Assembly: GCA_965644265.1 (NCBI GenBank)
Contig: OZ286474.1
Coordinates: 24,676,001 to 24,740,000 of the forward strand
Source of the DNA: Glycera tridactyla
Taxonomy: Eukaryota
Reading direction: 5' to 3'
Length of the DNA stretch: 64,000 bases
Numbering within the stretch: the first letter of the stretch is position 1; each line of letters starts with the position of its first letter. Positions 24,758 through 38,181 of the stretch are shown here, one piece after another. A model generated the notes under the pieces. The model saw nothing but the letters and a program-made list of their open reading frames with translations, did not search any database and was not told the DNA's origin. A program made the position numbers and the translations under genes.

Positions 24758-24859
24758 CCTGTGCCAGGAAAGAATGGATCACTCAAAAATGAACCAAAAC
24801 CAAATGTTGGCCGCTGATGCGTGGCAATTTGTTCATCTCGATTCCGACGATGCCGGCGA
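24758..24859 (-). CDS. DNAJB6: DNAJB6-like Hsp40, G/F-region exon (102 nt, phase 2-2)
   Basis: ttttcttgtcttctag|T CGC...ACA GG|gtaaat; RRHRRNRDEQIATHQRPTFGFGSFLSDPFFPGTG; joins in frame to both neighbours. Confidence 0.8.
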
Positions 24860-27800
24860 CTAGAAGACAAGAAAATAAACGCCAACGGACGACAAGTCAG
24901 CAACAGCAAGAGTTGGAGAAAAGTACAAGAAAATGAAAATCATACAAGTAATGGAATTCAGTTTGTTACAGAAGATGAATTCATGAGCCTACTGACAGGT
25001 CACAAATTCAGATGACGAATAAAAAAGCAGTTCCTGAGAATATCTCAACATTCAGTCGAATCATTCATAGTTCCTGAGAAAAAAAAATTAAAAAAATTGA
25101 TAGAACTTCATTGTTGTGCATTATCACCCAATATTGTCAATTCAGCATGTTTTGCTGATATGAGTTCTCCATTGTAAATTCCACATATTTAAGAGGAAAC
25201 TATCTCCATGTGCTTACATCACTCAGTCACTAGAACTCCAAAGTGTATGTGTGTTGTTTGTGCGTGCATGTGCAACATATCTTTGAGTGTGTGGATTAAG
25301 TGAACCAATGATAGATACATATAGATATATAGTGATGTTAAATCTTAGCCCCGGAACCTGTGTTTAGAAACAGAATTAATTCCTGGTGACACTGTAAAGC
25401 AATGCTTGTGACATGAGAGGAGCTACAACATTGTAAGAGGGATAAAAAATGCTAGAAAATACTGGAGAATAATTTGTGAAATTCCACCCGCACTTGAAGA
25501 TTTGTTCACACTCCTCCCATCCTTGTCATCTGATTTCAGACTTGATACGAAATAGTCACTCAATAACCAAAAGCAGACATTCACACCCTCAGATACTTTC
25601 CACTTTCTCGTTAACTTGCCCAACAAAGGTAAATTCCATACCACCATTTTACAGATTTCCCTCATTTTCAGACGAATAGGTTAGGAGATATTTCTGTGGT
25701 ATTCCTCTCGTCATCAATCAAATCTACTCATACGTTCCAAGAACATGAGAAATCTCAGTAAAAATCATAATTTCAAAGCTTTTTACTCTGATTTCAGATG
25801 TCTGTGAATCTATCTCTAGCCAGGATGAAAGTCTAACTTTAGCCAAAGTTATTTCACTCTTTCACACAGTTATCATTTAGCCAAAAATTGAACTATTGGT
25901 TGCTGAATGATATTTCACTCTAGCACAAATACAAATTCCAGACATGGATTTGGTTTTTGGTTTTTAAGTGGTGAGGTGTGAATGAGTGGGTGGTGAATAT
26001 ATGATGAATGATTCTGACTCAAACATCATTAAGTACTGAATCTAAAATCAGATGGCAGAAATCAGGAAAGAGTAGAATGCACCTCAGATCAAGAAACTTT
26101 TGCTACATCTGAGATTCAACATAGAAGCGTCACCATCATTTACACCCACGTCATCTGATGTCATGGCCGTATTGAGATGTATCCCAGATGGAGGCTGCAT
26201 ATTGCCGTGATTCTTACAGATTTGGCAAAATTATTCCTAACAACACATAAACGATGATGAACCACCGAAAACTAAATTGGAATCAGTGTCTGTCACTTTG
26301 CTTGATTTTCATGAATTGTAGTATTTTTTCTGTTGACTTTTTCGAGTGTATTCAATGCAATTTTGTTTTCACTACGTACAATCTGCAAGTTGGATTCTCG
26401 ACAACTACTATGTTACACTCAGTTTATGCATGTAGATCACAAATATTTCCATAAATTTGGGAAAAATTGAGGGTCAGGTACAAATTCCATTTTTCCATAT
26501 CAAAGTACACAGAAATGATTTCCCTCATGTTTAGAGTCCTGAAATCTGATTTGAACTGATATCTGACTGAATGATATTGAATTGATTTCCATTACTTCTT
26601 TTTTTCCATCACTTCTGACCAAGGCAACTATTTTCCAAATCAACTTTGTAGGTAAATTGCAGCTCTAGATGGGCAAAGGATTGAAATTCTATCAGAGTGG
26701 ATACTTGAAGTGGTCTCTATCGATAGGTGGTCTTTGTGCAGAAGATGCCTTATGTTGCACCATGCATCATGAGTAGCCATTATTCACAGCTTTATGCATC
26801 ATTGCCTACCTCAAATATGCGTGCCACGAAGACAGCCATACCAAGCTTCCTGTACTGGGCTTTTTCTTTTGCAACAGCAAGCCTTATGACAACAGGATGA
26901 CTCTCTCAACACGGTCATGACAAGGACTTCCATGTATTACCCACTCTTTGGGTCAAGATTTCAAGAGTCCAGCATGCATAAAAATGCACATAAAAATGTC
27001 TCGAACTCAAAGGGTCTCTAAAAGTTGCAAGGCACTATCACCAATCTCAGTACGAGGGCATCACGATACAAGCGAGTTCATGCCCATCAAAGTTTGATGA
27101 AAAATGGAAGGAAATCACTACAGAGTTTCTTTTCTTGTGTGATAACTGAATAAAAAATCCTTCTAATTTTACATTTCCCCAACTGTGAGACAATGCAAGA
27201 ACTGGAGTTGAATGCACATGCAACTTTGATAAGGTTCATTCATGTCACATCTGGGATTTTTCTTTCCATGAATTAATCACACATCTCTCTATGGGATGCG
27301 GAAAAGTGGCAACCATACACGGGTTTCCTGACTAGATGAAAGGCACATGTATGGGCCTTTCATGCACATCGATTCAGTTCCAATGTGCTATTACCATGAC
27401 ATTTCAATGCTCATACTAAACTCCATGGCGACTTTGCACCACAGATTTTGGCAATTCCTTCAAAGATACCAGAAGTTCCTCTTTTGGAACTTGAGATTTG
27501 CACCTTGAAATTAAATTATTCCACAGTCAACCGATTGACATTTTGTACAATTACAAATATTTGATAGTCTAAAGGTGTGACATGAATGGAGAGAACCCCT
27601 CCAGCGTTGATCCTGATGGGGCATTGAGGATGCAGCAAAGACGCAGCAGGCCTTAGCTTGATTTCTTATTTGGATCAAGGATGCGGGGTATTCAGGAAGA
27701 GATGGGTGTGCGGAATAGAGGGGTGTGGGAGATCTGCCATGCATCCTCCATTCTTCAACATGATATCACACAGTGGGAAACTCTCGAAATCTTGCTGAGA

Positions 27801-28048
27801 TCCGATCTCCAATCTTTCCCTCTCTCCCAGTTCCTCATGAAAATTCACAATCTTTTATATTTTCTCAACTTTTGAAAATAAACGCTACGAGGATTCAGGA
27901 GAACTGAACTACAAGGGTAGTATACCCTATGCTGTATAGAGTGCTTTTTTTCTTTCTTTTTTTCAAGCACCCACATTATCAACTGCACTGAACGCATTTT
28001 GTAAAATACCTCCCCGCTGCCTACAGTATCTCGATGCGCCACTAATTA

Positions 28049-28311
28049 CAGGGATGTGATTGACTAATAACCAAAATCCCTTTGAACCTGATTGAAGACA
28101 CTTTTTACCAAGGTTTTTTGAGAAAAAAAACTGCTATCTGACTACACCGAACAAACTGTGTGCTCTATCTCTGCTAATTCTGGTCCGATTTTCATGACTT
28201 AAAATCCAAAATAATCAGCATAAAATATTCTTTCCTATCATTCACATGTATTGCTGCATTTGTTATCAAAAACATGGAAATCCGCAGATCTGCGGACCAA
28301 TCACATCCCTG
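28049..28311. mobile_element. hAT-like MITE, CAGGGATGTGATT family
   Basis: Same TIRs and internal ctggtccgattttcatga core as 3688-3965; flanks taatta / taatca (5 of 6 match). Confidence 0.82.
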
Positions 28312-28655
28312 TAATCATTGAGAGTGCACTCTGACCCTCTTTTGCACCTTAGAGGGCAATGGAGAAGCAATCCGCAGTATATGAACTTTGGGCTAAAATA
28401 TACTCCGCACAATGATGGATTAAAAATATTCTGATTCTGTATATATCATTTTACCAACTTTAAAAGGGAATGCCTAATACTTATACCTAAAACTCTGTCA
28501 GTAATAACTAAGACCTCAATCAGGAAATAATCGGTTGAGTCATCAGGAGATTTAGATCAGAAATATTTGATGGCTTTCTTCCTCAGCAAATGTTTATGAC
28601 TGGTTCAATTCAAAATTAGTGTTGCGATGAATGGCAAAGTTCGCCAGCTCCTTAC

Positions 28656-28797
28656 CCAGGTCGGGAGAAGACGTCGCCAAAAGGATCCTCATCAAATAGA
28701 CCAAAACCTCCAAATCCTCCGAAGCCCGGGAAACCTGGAAATGAATGGGCGAACATGTGTTGGTCAAACGGCCGGCAGTGTCGCTCGTAAGAGGGAT
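28656..28797 (-). CDS. DNAJB6: DNAJB6-like Hsp40, G/F-rich exon (142 nt, phase 1-2)
   Basis: ctgtttcag|AT CCC...CCT GG|gtaagg; DPSYERHCRPFDQHMFAHSFPGFPGFGGFGGFGLFDEDPFGDVFSRPG. Confidence 0.88.
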
Positions 28798-30122
28798 CTG
28801 AAACAGTCACAAGAATGTGCATCCTGTCACCCTAGCGGCGCCACCTATACGATGGCGCCACCTTTACTTGTTTCTTGGTAGTATGAACAGAGAAGTAACT
28901 AGAGGTGGCACTGTCTGGAAATTTGAAGGTCATGGATTGTTAGATCTTTATATGTGACTTTTTTAACTAGTCACAAATGATTAGAAAAATGCAGTATTTC
29001 AACGACTACATTTTTTGCTCCTCAAAAGTCATCATAAGTTCAGTTTGACAGCAACACAGCATTTGCATTACTTGCACATTATTCAAATTGAACAAGCAGA
29101 ATTCAAGGACCTGAATAATCAGAGGTATTGTGAGATATTGAATTAATCTGATTCTGGTACTACATTCCGATGGGGTCTTCTGGGCAGCCCCTCCCAAAAT
29201 ATTTTGACAAACTAGATTGTCTGTTTATTTCTTTTCACTGCTTACTGCCTCATCATCACCACATGGGCTATAGTGGGACACCCATGTGATAGGCATATGG
29301 GCCACCCTTGACTCCTCAATAGAAGTTGAAGTCTCATGCAATAGGTATGCATACCATTCAAGACTTTCCCTTACGGGTGCCAATAGAAGGTGAAATGAAA
29401 CCATTTCAGGACCCTGGGTGATACAAGAGGCTGTTGATGACATCGCTCCACAGCGAAACTCTTATCAAATTGTCATGAGATTCAAATTCACCAGGGAAAA
29501 TTGTATTCTCATATTTTTGGCATGAAAGAGTCAGCCGATATACGTGACTCATGAGTGATCAGTTTTCAAATTGATGGTAAACCTGAAATTAATTGACCTT
29601 GAAAATTATCCAGCCAGTGCACCATTAGAAGATTGTAAATGTAGATTCATTGAAGGGTTTATGGGCATGCTATTGTTATATTATCATTGATCATACCATC
29701 AATGATGGTTCTCAGATCTGGAGTATTTCTACGTCAATTCCACAACATTACATGCAATTACCATGGAGTAACTATGGATAAAAGAGGAAGATTCGGGTCT
29801 GGGAAAATCAAGAATAAGTTCGAAGTAAAGTAAATTGAGGACAAAAGGATTGAAAAATGACAAAATGATGGAAAAAAGTAATGATTCTCTAGCTAGAAAG
29901 GATGCACAAACTTGTATCTGTCATTGGTGTTGTTGGAGAAATGATATTCCGGGACCAGCCACATATATAACACCAGGTGATTTGTATTCAAGCCAATACT
30001 ACCACAGCATTCATATCAGTGCCATTACCAACCACTCCAGTATCTGTGGAACCAGTGTTGATCACCCATACAATCCAACTATATACTAAAACCAGCAATG
30101 AGAGACCACTCTCAATGATATG

Positions 30123-30320
30123 CAGGGCTCCATGTTGGCCAAAATATTTAGGAGCGGGCTGGCTCGTGAGTCAAGCCAGTGTGAAATTTTGTGGCCAGCC
30201 AATACACTGCCAATTACAACCTCTCAAAATTAAAGGGGTGGCCGCTCCTTACTTGATATGGTAGCCAGGGAGTAAATTTTATAGCTAGTGGCTACCCACA
30301 GGTAGCAACGTAGAGCCCTT
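30123..30320. mobile_element. hAT-like MITE related to the CAGGGCTC family, 5-bp TSD
   Basis: cagggctcca...tagagccctt; atatg on both sides; the internal ggctac/gggagtaaattt block recurs inverted at 47313-47492. Confidence 0.65.
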
Positions 30321-33300
30321 ATATGCGGTCCTACAAAGACATCTGCTCTTTGTCCAGATGTTTGGTCGAGTATGTCAAACAGGGAAGAAGAGAAACAGTC
30401 CTTGAATGACAATGAAAAGTGATTCTACAAAATAGGTGGACTTTTGTCGAAGGTAGTAAAGTAAATCTCTGATGAGAGACCGCCTCTTTGGTGACATTTA
30501 GTGCAGTCTCTTGTTGCATGTTCCATAATACTGGCAAAAAGTATACTGGATGACCAGTATTCTATTTCTTGCCAGAGAATGAGATAGACTTTGAACCAGA
30601 TTGTGGATGGCAGACACTGATGTAATGGTTGTGTGGCAACACGGAAAATTATCAAAAACAGGTGATTTTCTATACTGGCCCAGGAATACTCATTCACAGA
30701 CAACAACTATGCATTGCAAACACCATTATGATCATATCAATTCTCGTTTCACCGATGTATCCTCTGCAATCTCATAACATCACCCGTGTGAAGTTACAAT
30801 TAGAACTACGCCACGATTGGATGGATTGGTCATGTGCTTGGGATTCAGCGAGCAAGTGTGCCACATCTACAAGACCTCACTGGCCTGTCCCTCGAAAGAA
30901 CTATGTTCACCAACCCTGGATGCACGTGGTAGATCAGGAAGGATTTCAAGTGTGATTCATACACACCTCGGAATACACTTCATGATACAGAGGAATCAGT
31001 TATATGCTCTCCAGATTAATTCTCACTCCATATCCTGAACAATGGGAGATGTCCAAAATGTGGAAATTAGTTCCTGGATGTCTGATCAGTGTATGAAATC
31101 CGAGGAATATACTGGCATGAAAAGGGAATGCTGATGTTTGATGCATAATTTGGCCAGTACGGAATGATGACATATTAGAAGATTGCAGAAATACATGATA
31201 AAATCAAAAATACTGCATGATGCAGCCATCAATGAAAAAATTAGATCCATCATTCAAGATTCATCTAGGACATAAATTTAGCCAGATGCAGTATGTAGAA
31301 ATAACAAAACGTATACAATATCAGAACTAGTGAAACAGATATATACTATCTCTGCTTGAAGTGCAGCTCATTTTGTCTGATGATAACACTCAGCTGTTGA
31401 CATAGAACTGAGAAAAATATTTTGATTTCCAAAAATAATTCACATGACAGTGACTCCATACTCAATATGTAACACTTATTTGTGATTGTAAAAGAAATGC
31501 AAACACTCTGAGTGGCAGTTCAGGCAGAAGTAATGTCATCTGTTTCACAAATATGGCCTACAAAATACAACAATTACTGATAATATTCACAATTACCAAT
31601 AATAATTTGTTACAATTTGAATATTCAAACAAAATAATCATAAAGCACAATTATTTTTCTCTTCTTTGCACCATTCCCATAATGAACATTGAATATCTAG
31701 GACTGAATACCGACACCACCTGAGTCAAGGGAAATACAAAAACTTCAAAAATCTACCAAATTGGCCCCAAGTACAACGATGATGGCTGAACAAGGGGAGC
31801 CACCATTTAAATCACACAATTCACATGAATACAAAATTGTATGGGAGGCAATGGGCATTAAGAAATGCAATTGGCACTCCCAACTGATTTGGTTCACATG
31901 GAAACAACTGCAAGTATCCACTCAGACGTTGAGCTTTCTAACCAAGCAATAGGGAACTCTTTTTTCAAAAATGAAAAAAAAAACAATAAAATTAAAAACT
32001 TCAGCACAAGGGCAACCAATTTGGGATTCAAATCATATTTTTACTGAGAATATCCCAAATAGACATGTGCAAAATGAACATAATTTTACAGATTTTTCCC
32101 TAGCAAAGTCCTCCCTCTACCACTAAGTAACTAACTCATGTTAGAGAACAAACTGAGGTATCAATGAACACTGTGAAACTAAACAGAACAGTTATAACAA
32201 AAACATGAACTAACACCGAATTTGTAAACAAATAAACGAAAAAACACTAATATCCCCTGCACATTCTTGATGACCGAACATCCAATAATCAAAACTGCAA
32301 TCAGTGCCAGAAGCATTTCTATTCATGAATACAAGTCAATATTATTGGAGATGGGTTTCATATTGCATCCTTTGGAAGGACCAGGAAACTCTCGTTATCT
32401 TGAACAAAATAGGTTTTGGGTATTCAAAACCATAATGTGACCTTCAATTTCAAACAGCTCCAGGAAATGAATATCGAGAGACACTGAAATGAATCTAGCA
32501 CTGAAAACCGATTATAACCAAAACAACTGAAATCAAACATTCAACATACAATGTATAAATCCATCTCACTAAAAGTGTTCAGTACATACTCAACAAGAGA
32601 TCTATAATTTTCTAATTCTTTTCCTTTTTTTTGAAATATAAACCACCTTATCACATAATCATCCTGCATTTTGGGTGACAAACTATGAGACAAAATATCT
32701 TTCTCTAATCGTAAAGGAACAATGAATGATATGTACAAGAACCTTGGATTTTTGGAAACTTTCATCATAGGATTTCTTGAATATGCCATCATTGATATAT
32801 CTCAATATACTCTGAAATGATTTCATTCAAGACTAACCACAAGTCTCTTGGATCATGGATTCTGTATCTGATTTTGAGAATTCAAGAAACTTTCTAAAAT
32901 TTGGCCAATACTGGAGTATATGAATCAACGCAGCAGTCAACCTTGAAGGATACCGCGGACCCCTTCGTTATCTTTCAACCACCTCTCAAGTGATCTCATT
33001 ATACTTGCAACAACAGGGGATGAGATAGAACAAACAGAATTGATTGCATTTAATTCTGTCCGCTTGAATCCACCACCTTAATTAATGGCATAAATTTGAT
33101 AAAACTACTTTTAGATTCTATCTGAGGATTTGCTAACTTGGTAATCAAATGAAGACTGCAAACTGAGAACAAGACGCTTCTCATTGGATAAGATCAACTT
33201 GGAGGTAGTGTCTATATATTTGGATGATAATTGGAAAACAGAAGATGTCTGTAATTCAATATACCATTGAAGTTAAATCTGCAAACTTCTCTATCAACTT

Positions 33301-36300
33301 TCAAAGCGAAAAATGTAACTGTGTACCATACAGTAAAACAGATGTGCGATGCCAGTGCAAGAATTTTTTTTCAGTTAACTCAATATTTTGCTGATCCATA
33401 TGAGCCTTCATACCAGTCTGACATATTCTACCAATGTTATCATTGAATCTCATGTGAGTTAACATTTGAGATATTTTACTGGGAGTGTAGTCGATCAGTT
33501 ATAAGTATCAGAACCAAATTGACACTCCATCGACTCACAAAATGAATAGGATCTAAGAATATTCGTATGCTGCACATACATGTCAAATAACCTTATACTT
33601 CATGGGGATTGAAATCTCTCAGGACTTCCCCTAATTGAGTTCAAAAAAATTACAATTCAAATTGATTCAATTATTTGTTAGAATATTGTCAATGATCGAA
33701 ACTTCTGATACATGTGCATCTGTGGTTATTTTGAAAGATAAGAGATATCTGCAGAAGTGTGAGGAATCTGGCGGGGGAGCTGTTCTAGATATAAGGCAAG
33801 AGGCTGCATTATTAGAGAGTACTCTTTGAAGGATCGTTGTATCTGGCGTATGTAGCAAATGATTTCTTGGTGTTATAGTCCACATCATTTTGGATGAAAT
33901 CATCTGATCTTATCAATTCTGACACANNNNNNNNNNNNNNNNNNNNNNNNNNNNNNNNNNNNNNNNNNNNNNNNNNNNNNNNNNNNNNNNNNNNNNNNNN
34001 NNNNNNNNNNNNNNNNNNNNNNNNNNNNNNNNNNNNNNNNNNNNNNNNNNNNNNNNNNNNNNNNNNNNNNNNNNNNNNNNNNNTGCATGTGTGCATGCAA
34101 GCATACAGATATATCTATGCATGCATGCTTGCTTGCACACATGCATGTGTGTAAGCACATGCAAAAATGTACAATGCAACTCTTGCACGTCTGAAGTATC
34201 ACATTTCCTTACGATTTCTGCAGCATTAATTAGGAATCATGCATACTTCAGCATTATGGCGCATGCACTGGTAACAGTAGCACAGGCACGACCAGTGGCG
34301 GGTCAGTAGAAGTAGCAGAAAATCGCAACGATGGCTGGAATCACTGGAATCGGGTGGGTGCAGTTGCAATGAGGTCGAGATCGAAATATCGTCATATGAC
34401 ATATTTCAGCCCTCTCTGAGGTCAAATCCCGGTGCTGATCGATTGATTGGCTGATCAGAGTTTGATGGCATGTGTCAACCAAACAATTATGTATGTCATG
34501 AGCTCCTGATCTATGAAATGCGCTGCATTTTCATTCAATAGCCAATATTATTACAATTTGACAATCTGCGTGATGAGTGATTGGAATGGGATACGATTTC
34601 TTGTATCTCATGATGGGATATGCTGGGTTGATGTACAAAGCTGCATCATCTGCACAAAAAAGCTGAAATCTTCATCTTATATCGGTGGTTGTTGTTCTTG
34701 CTCTTGTTGCTGCAGCCAAAAAACTGGTGAGCAATGTCATTTTCGACAGTATGCGTGCATCACCTTTATTGACATAAAATTTCATTCTTCAGTAACTACC
34801 ACTATAATAGATGAAGATTTCCAAGATACATATATATTTCAATTCACTCAATTATAACCTGCAGCTTAATGAAATGGGCTTATGAAAGCTGCGGGAAGCT
34901 CGTACACACAAGTGAGTACAAATGGTATTAAGGGCACAATTATTTCAATATATCTTGAATATTCCTTATTCATAACAGGAATACTGTAGTCAGGAAATGT
35001 AAGATAAGACCAGCTACCATTCCTCGGCATGAAAACATTAGTTAACATTTTCTTTTATTTTCAGGCTTGAAAATAATGCTGCATTTGCCTGTTCAAATAA
35101 AGTCATTTCATTGCCATTGTCATATTCTTCAAGGGATCATCCCATTTTTAGAGCTTTCCCGTTGGCTGAGCACAACCATCAATATTCACTAGAGATATTA
35201 CTTGGGGATTTGAATGGACATTAGCCAGGCTGATTGATACTGATAAAAAAATATGAAACTGAATGGTGAATATGCAATATAATTGAATAAAAATTGCATC
35301 CAAAGAGTGCCTTCATGAATGTCATCCGATGCAATGTGCATGAGGTATATCACTGAATATTGTATCCAGTAAAGTGCAAAAACAAATCAATGTGTATGTG
35401 TACTTAACACTGGGAATGAGTAAGGATTAGTTAAAGTGAAACCTGCGATAAAAGTGTACCTGGTGAGACACCACCTCCAACAGGAAACAACTTTTTTTTA
35501 GGCATTTTGTGACATTAGAGTGATCTTTCATGCAGGTTTCACTGTAATGGTGACTTATAGATTCATGTGCAGAGTGAATATGTGGCCTTCCTTACACCAG
35601 TGCAGACAGTCAAGATATACTTGGTAGTTAACCAGTAATAACTCGATATATCCTTTTTTTAAAGAAAAATATTGACACCAGGGGAGACCATGACCAATTC
35701 ATTTTGTGTGTGTGTGTGTGTGTGTGCATGGTCTTTTTATGGGGGCTGATTCACAGCAGCAAAGTGGTTTGGATGTCGGTGGAGGTTGCCTTAGGCAGAG
35801 CTTGTATGTTCAAACCCTGCATGAAACTCATAGCTTACTTTTCAGAACTAGGGCTTTGGCACTTTAAGCATTTTATTACTTGGACATTATCANNNNNNNN
35901 NNNNNNNNNNNNNNNNNNNNNNNNNNNNNNNNNNNNNNNNNNNNNNNNNNNNNNNNNNNNNNNNNNNNNNNNNNNNNNNNNNNNNNNNNNNNNNNNNNNN
36001 NNNNNNNNNNNNNNNNNNNNNTGTGTGCATTTTTCTTCTCATGTATACACTTGTGTGCACTCAGTCACAACTAAATAGACAGTAGTTTTGCTGCTTAGAA
36101 GCTGGTTTTCTGGCAGAATACATGAGGGTGGGGGAAGCCAACGAGGGACGACAGAGACAGATACGGCTGGGAAAGAAGACAGCCAACAACTGGTACTAGA
36201 CTAAAGACAATTCACTGAGATGACTGCTGAAAGATTACAAGATAAATTGCGGATCCACACCCAATAAACTGACATACGCAAATTCATTATGTTTCAGAAA

Positions 36301-36450
36301 TATTCATGAGGAAATTCACATTTTTGTGATATTTCAGCAACAACACATGATTTACATTAACTTTGGATGACCTTGAATGATATGCACCTGCGGAAAACTG
36401 AAAATAGTAAATGCACATTCAGGTGATACCGTATCATAAATTTCATAATA

Positions 36451-36592
36451 CAGAGGAACCTGTGATGAGAGATCGCTCTGAATGTCACCAAAATGTGGTC
36501 CCTCGTCAGAGGTATATTTGACAATGTCAAATAATGAAGTTATCCTGAAAAACCGGTTGTCCGTCAGGTGCCTTTTGTCACAGGTTTCACTG
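36451..36592. mobile_element. Tc1/mariner-type MITE, family B (CAGTGAAACCTG TIR)
   Basis: ta|cagaggaacctg...caggtttcactg|ta with central atatttgacaatgtcaaata palindrome. Confidence 0.75.
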
Positions 36593-37653
36593 TACCTGCC
36601 ATGAACATTCACCTTGACAAACAAGATGCTTCTTTGGGACATAATTCTGTCATTCCTTCACGAATATACCTGCTTTGGGAGGCCAAATTTTGGTGAAATT
36701 CAGTGTGCTTACTTGTCAAAGGTTTGACTCTCATCACATTTTACAAATGAACTGGGACAATTCCAACAATAAACCTGATCCATCTACTCTATATCCAGTA
36801 TTCAGAAGTTGGAACTCAACCTGTTCAATCCAGATGTTGGCTAGATTGAACTTGAAATATCGAGCAATGAACATGGGAAATTCCAAGCTAGTAGTCATTG
36901 ATGGGGCGACTGCCATGTGTTCTTGCTGTGTGATCAAATGAAGATCAAAAGACACTCTGGAAATCGAATACCCAATTACAATGGAAAATATCACATATTT
37001 TGCTCATCTGCAAACAAGGCCATTTCACTGAGTGAACTTACTATGGGACAATACAATTGGTTGCTATGGATTTATTCTTTTTATTTCTCATAAAAACCAT
37101 GGCAACCCTCAGCATCTGGTCCCACCTTGAGTGAAAGTTTGATGTATTGAAACAGCCTGGGTGGCGATAAATAACTACAACAAGTTATCAAAATAATACG
37201 GTACAATATCGAAATTAAACAAGTACCAGTTACCCAGCCTATACTTCAGCCATCAAAGCTAAGTTGCCATCAATTCTGTCATAACAGTATGAGTGTTACA
37301 GGGGCCTACTGCACCAGCAATGAAAAATTTGAATATTTCATCATCTCAAACTGCGTAAGTTGCACATTAATTCTCACTAGTTGCAATTTTTACTCTGTTC
37401 AAGGATTCCAAGTATTTTTGTTATGGATGTCATTCATTGCTGAAAATTCTAAACAGAGAAAAATTCTCACGCAAATGCACACACACCAGTTACTATGAAA
37501 ACTCAATTGGGGAAAAATGTAGTCTGATGAATTTTTCCAGAAGAGTAATAAACATTTTCAAACTTCAAACAATCTGTTGGAGAAAGTAACCACCAGTGAT
37601 TCAACTTCAATTGAATGAGGGGTTTCAACTTGACTCACTCAACATCGGAAATA

Positions 37654-37807
37654 CAGTCGAACCTGTCTATAAAGACCGCCTTTATAGGCAGGTGGTCTTT
37701 GTAGAGAGGTCATTTACTGTTGAAAATACTACCACGGTCGCAGCTCAGGTGGTCTTTATAGAGAGGTGGTCTCTATAGAGAGGTGGTCTTCAGAGCAGGT
37801 TCGACTG
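37654..37807. mobile_element. Tc1/mariner-type MITE, family A
   Basis: Highly similar to 5508-5668; ta|cagtcgaacctg...caggttcgactg. Confidence 0.85.
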
Positions 37808-38136
37808 TGCATCTTTTTGGAAGGACATCCTCCCAAGTGATATGATGAATTCCATAAATTTTGTCCACAACTCGAAAAACTTATTCAAAAATCATAAATG
37901 AAATCTCTTATAACATATACACAGTGAGTGAATGCCAATTTTTACAATAAACATGAAATTTCTCAAGTGAAAGAAGCACAGTTATCAAGAGAAGGTTACA
38001 TCCCTGGCACATGGAACTATACGAACAAAATTAATGATCTATCTTCGATGGCTGAAGAGGCTTTAACTAGTAGCTAACAGTGATCAGAATATGAAAGAGT
38101 GTGTAGGAAAAAAACATAAAGTTAGTTTTATTTCAC

Positions 38137-38181
38137 CTGGAGCAGACGATGCGGCATGGCCGGGATGGCCGGGAGGAGAGG
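38137..38181 (-). CDS. DNAJB6: DNAJB6-like, probable 45-nt cassette exon (phase 1-1)
   Basis: Branch-like cactaac, gtttttactcag|CC TCT...CCA G|gtgaaa; (A)SPPGHPGHAASSAP; GC-rich island in an AT-rich intron; frame-preserving. Confidence 0.55.

Noticed and set aside
32250-33600. AT-rich stretch that might be a decayed LINE (L1/Tx1 or L2-like)
   Set aside because: Only vague KISQ/KY-like fragments with many stops; no convincing RT motif could be assembled.
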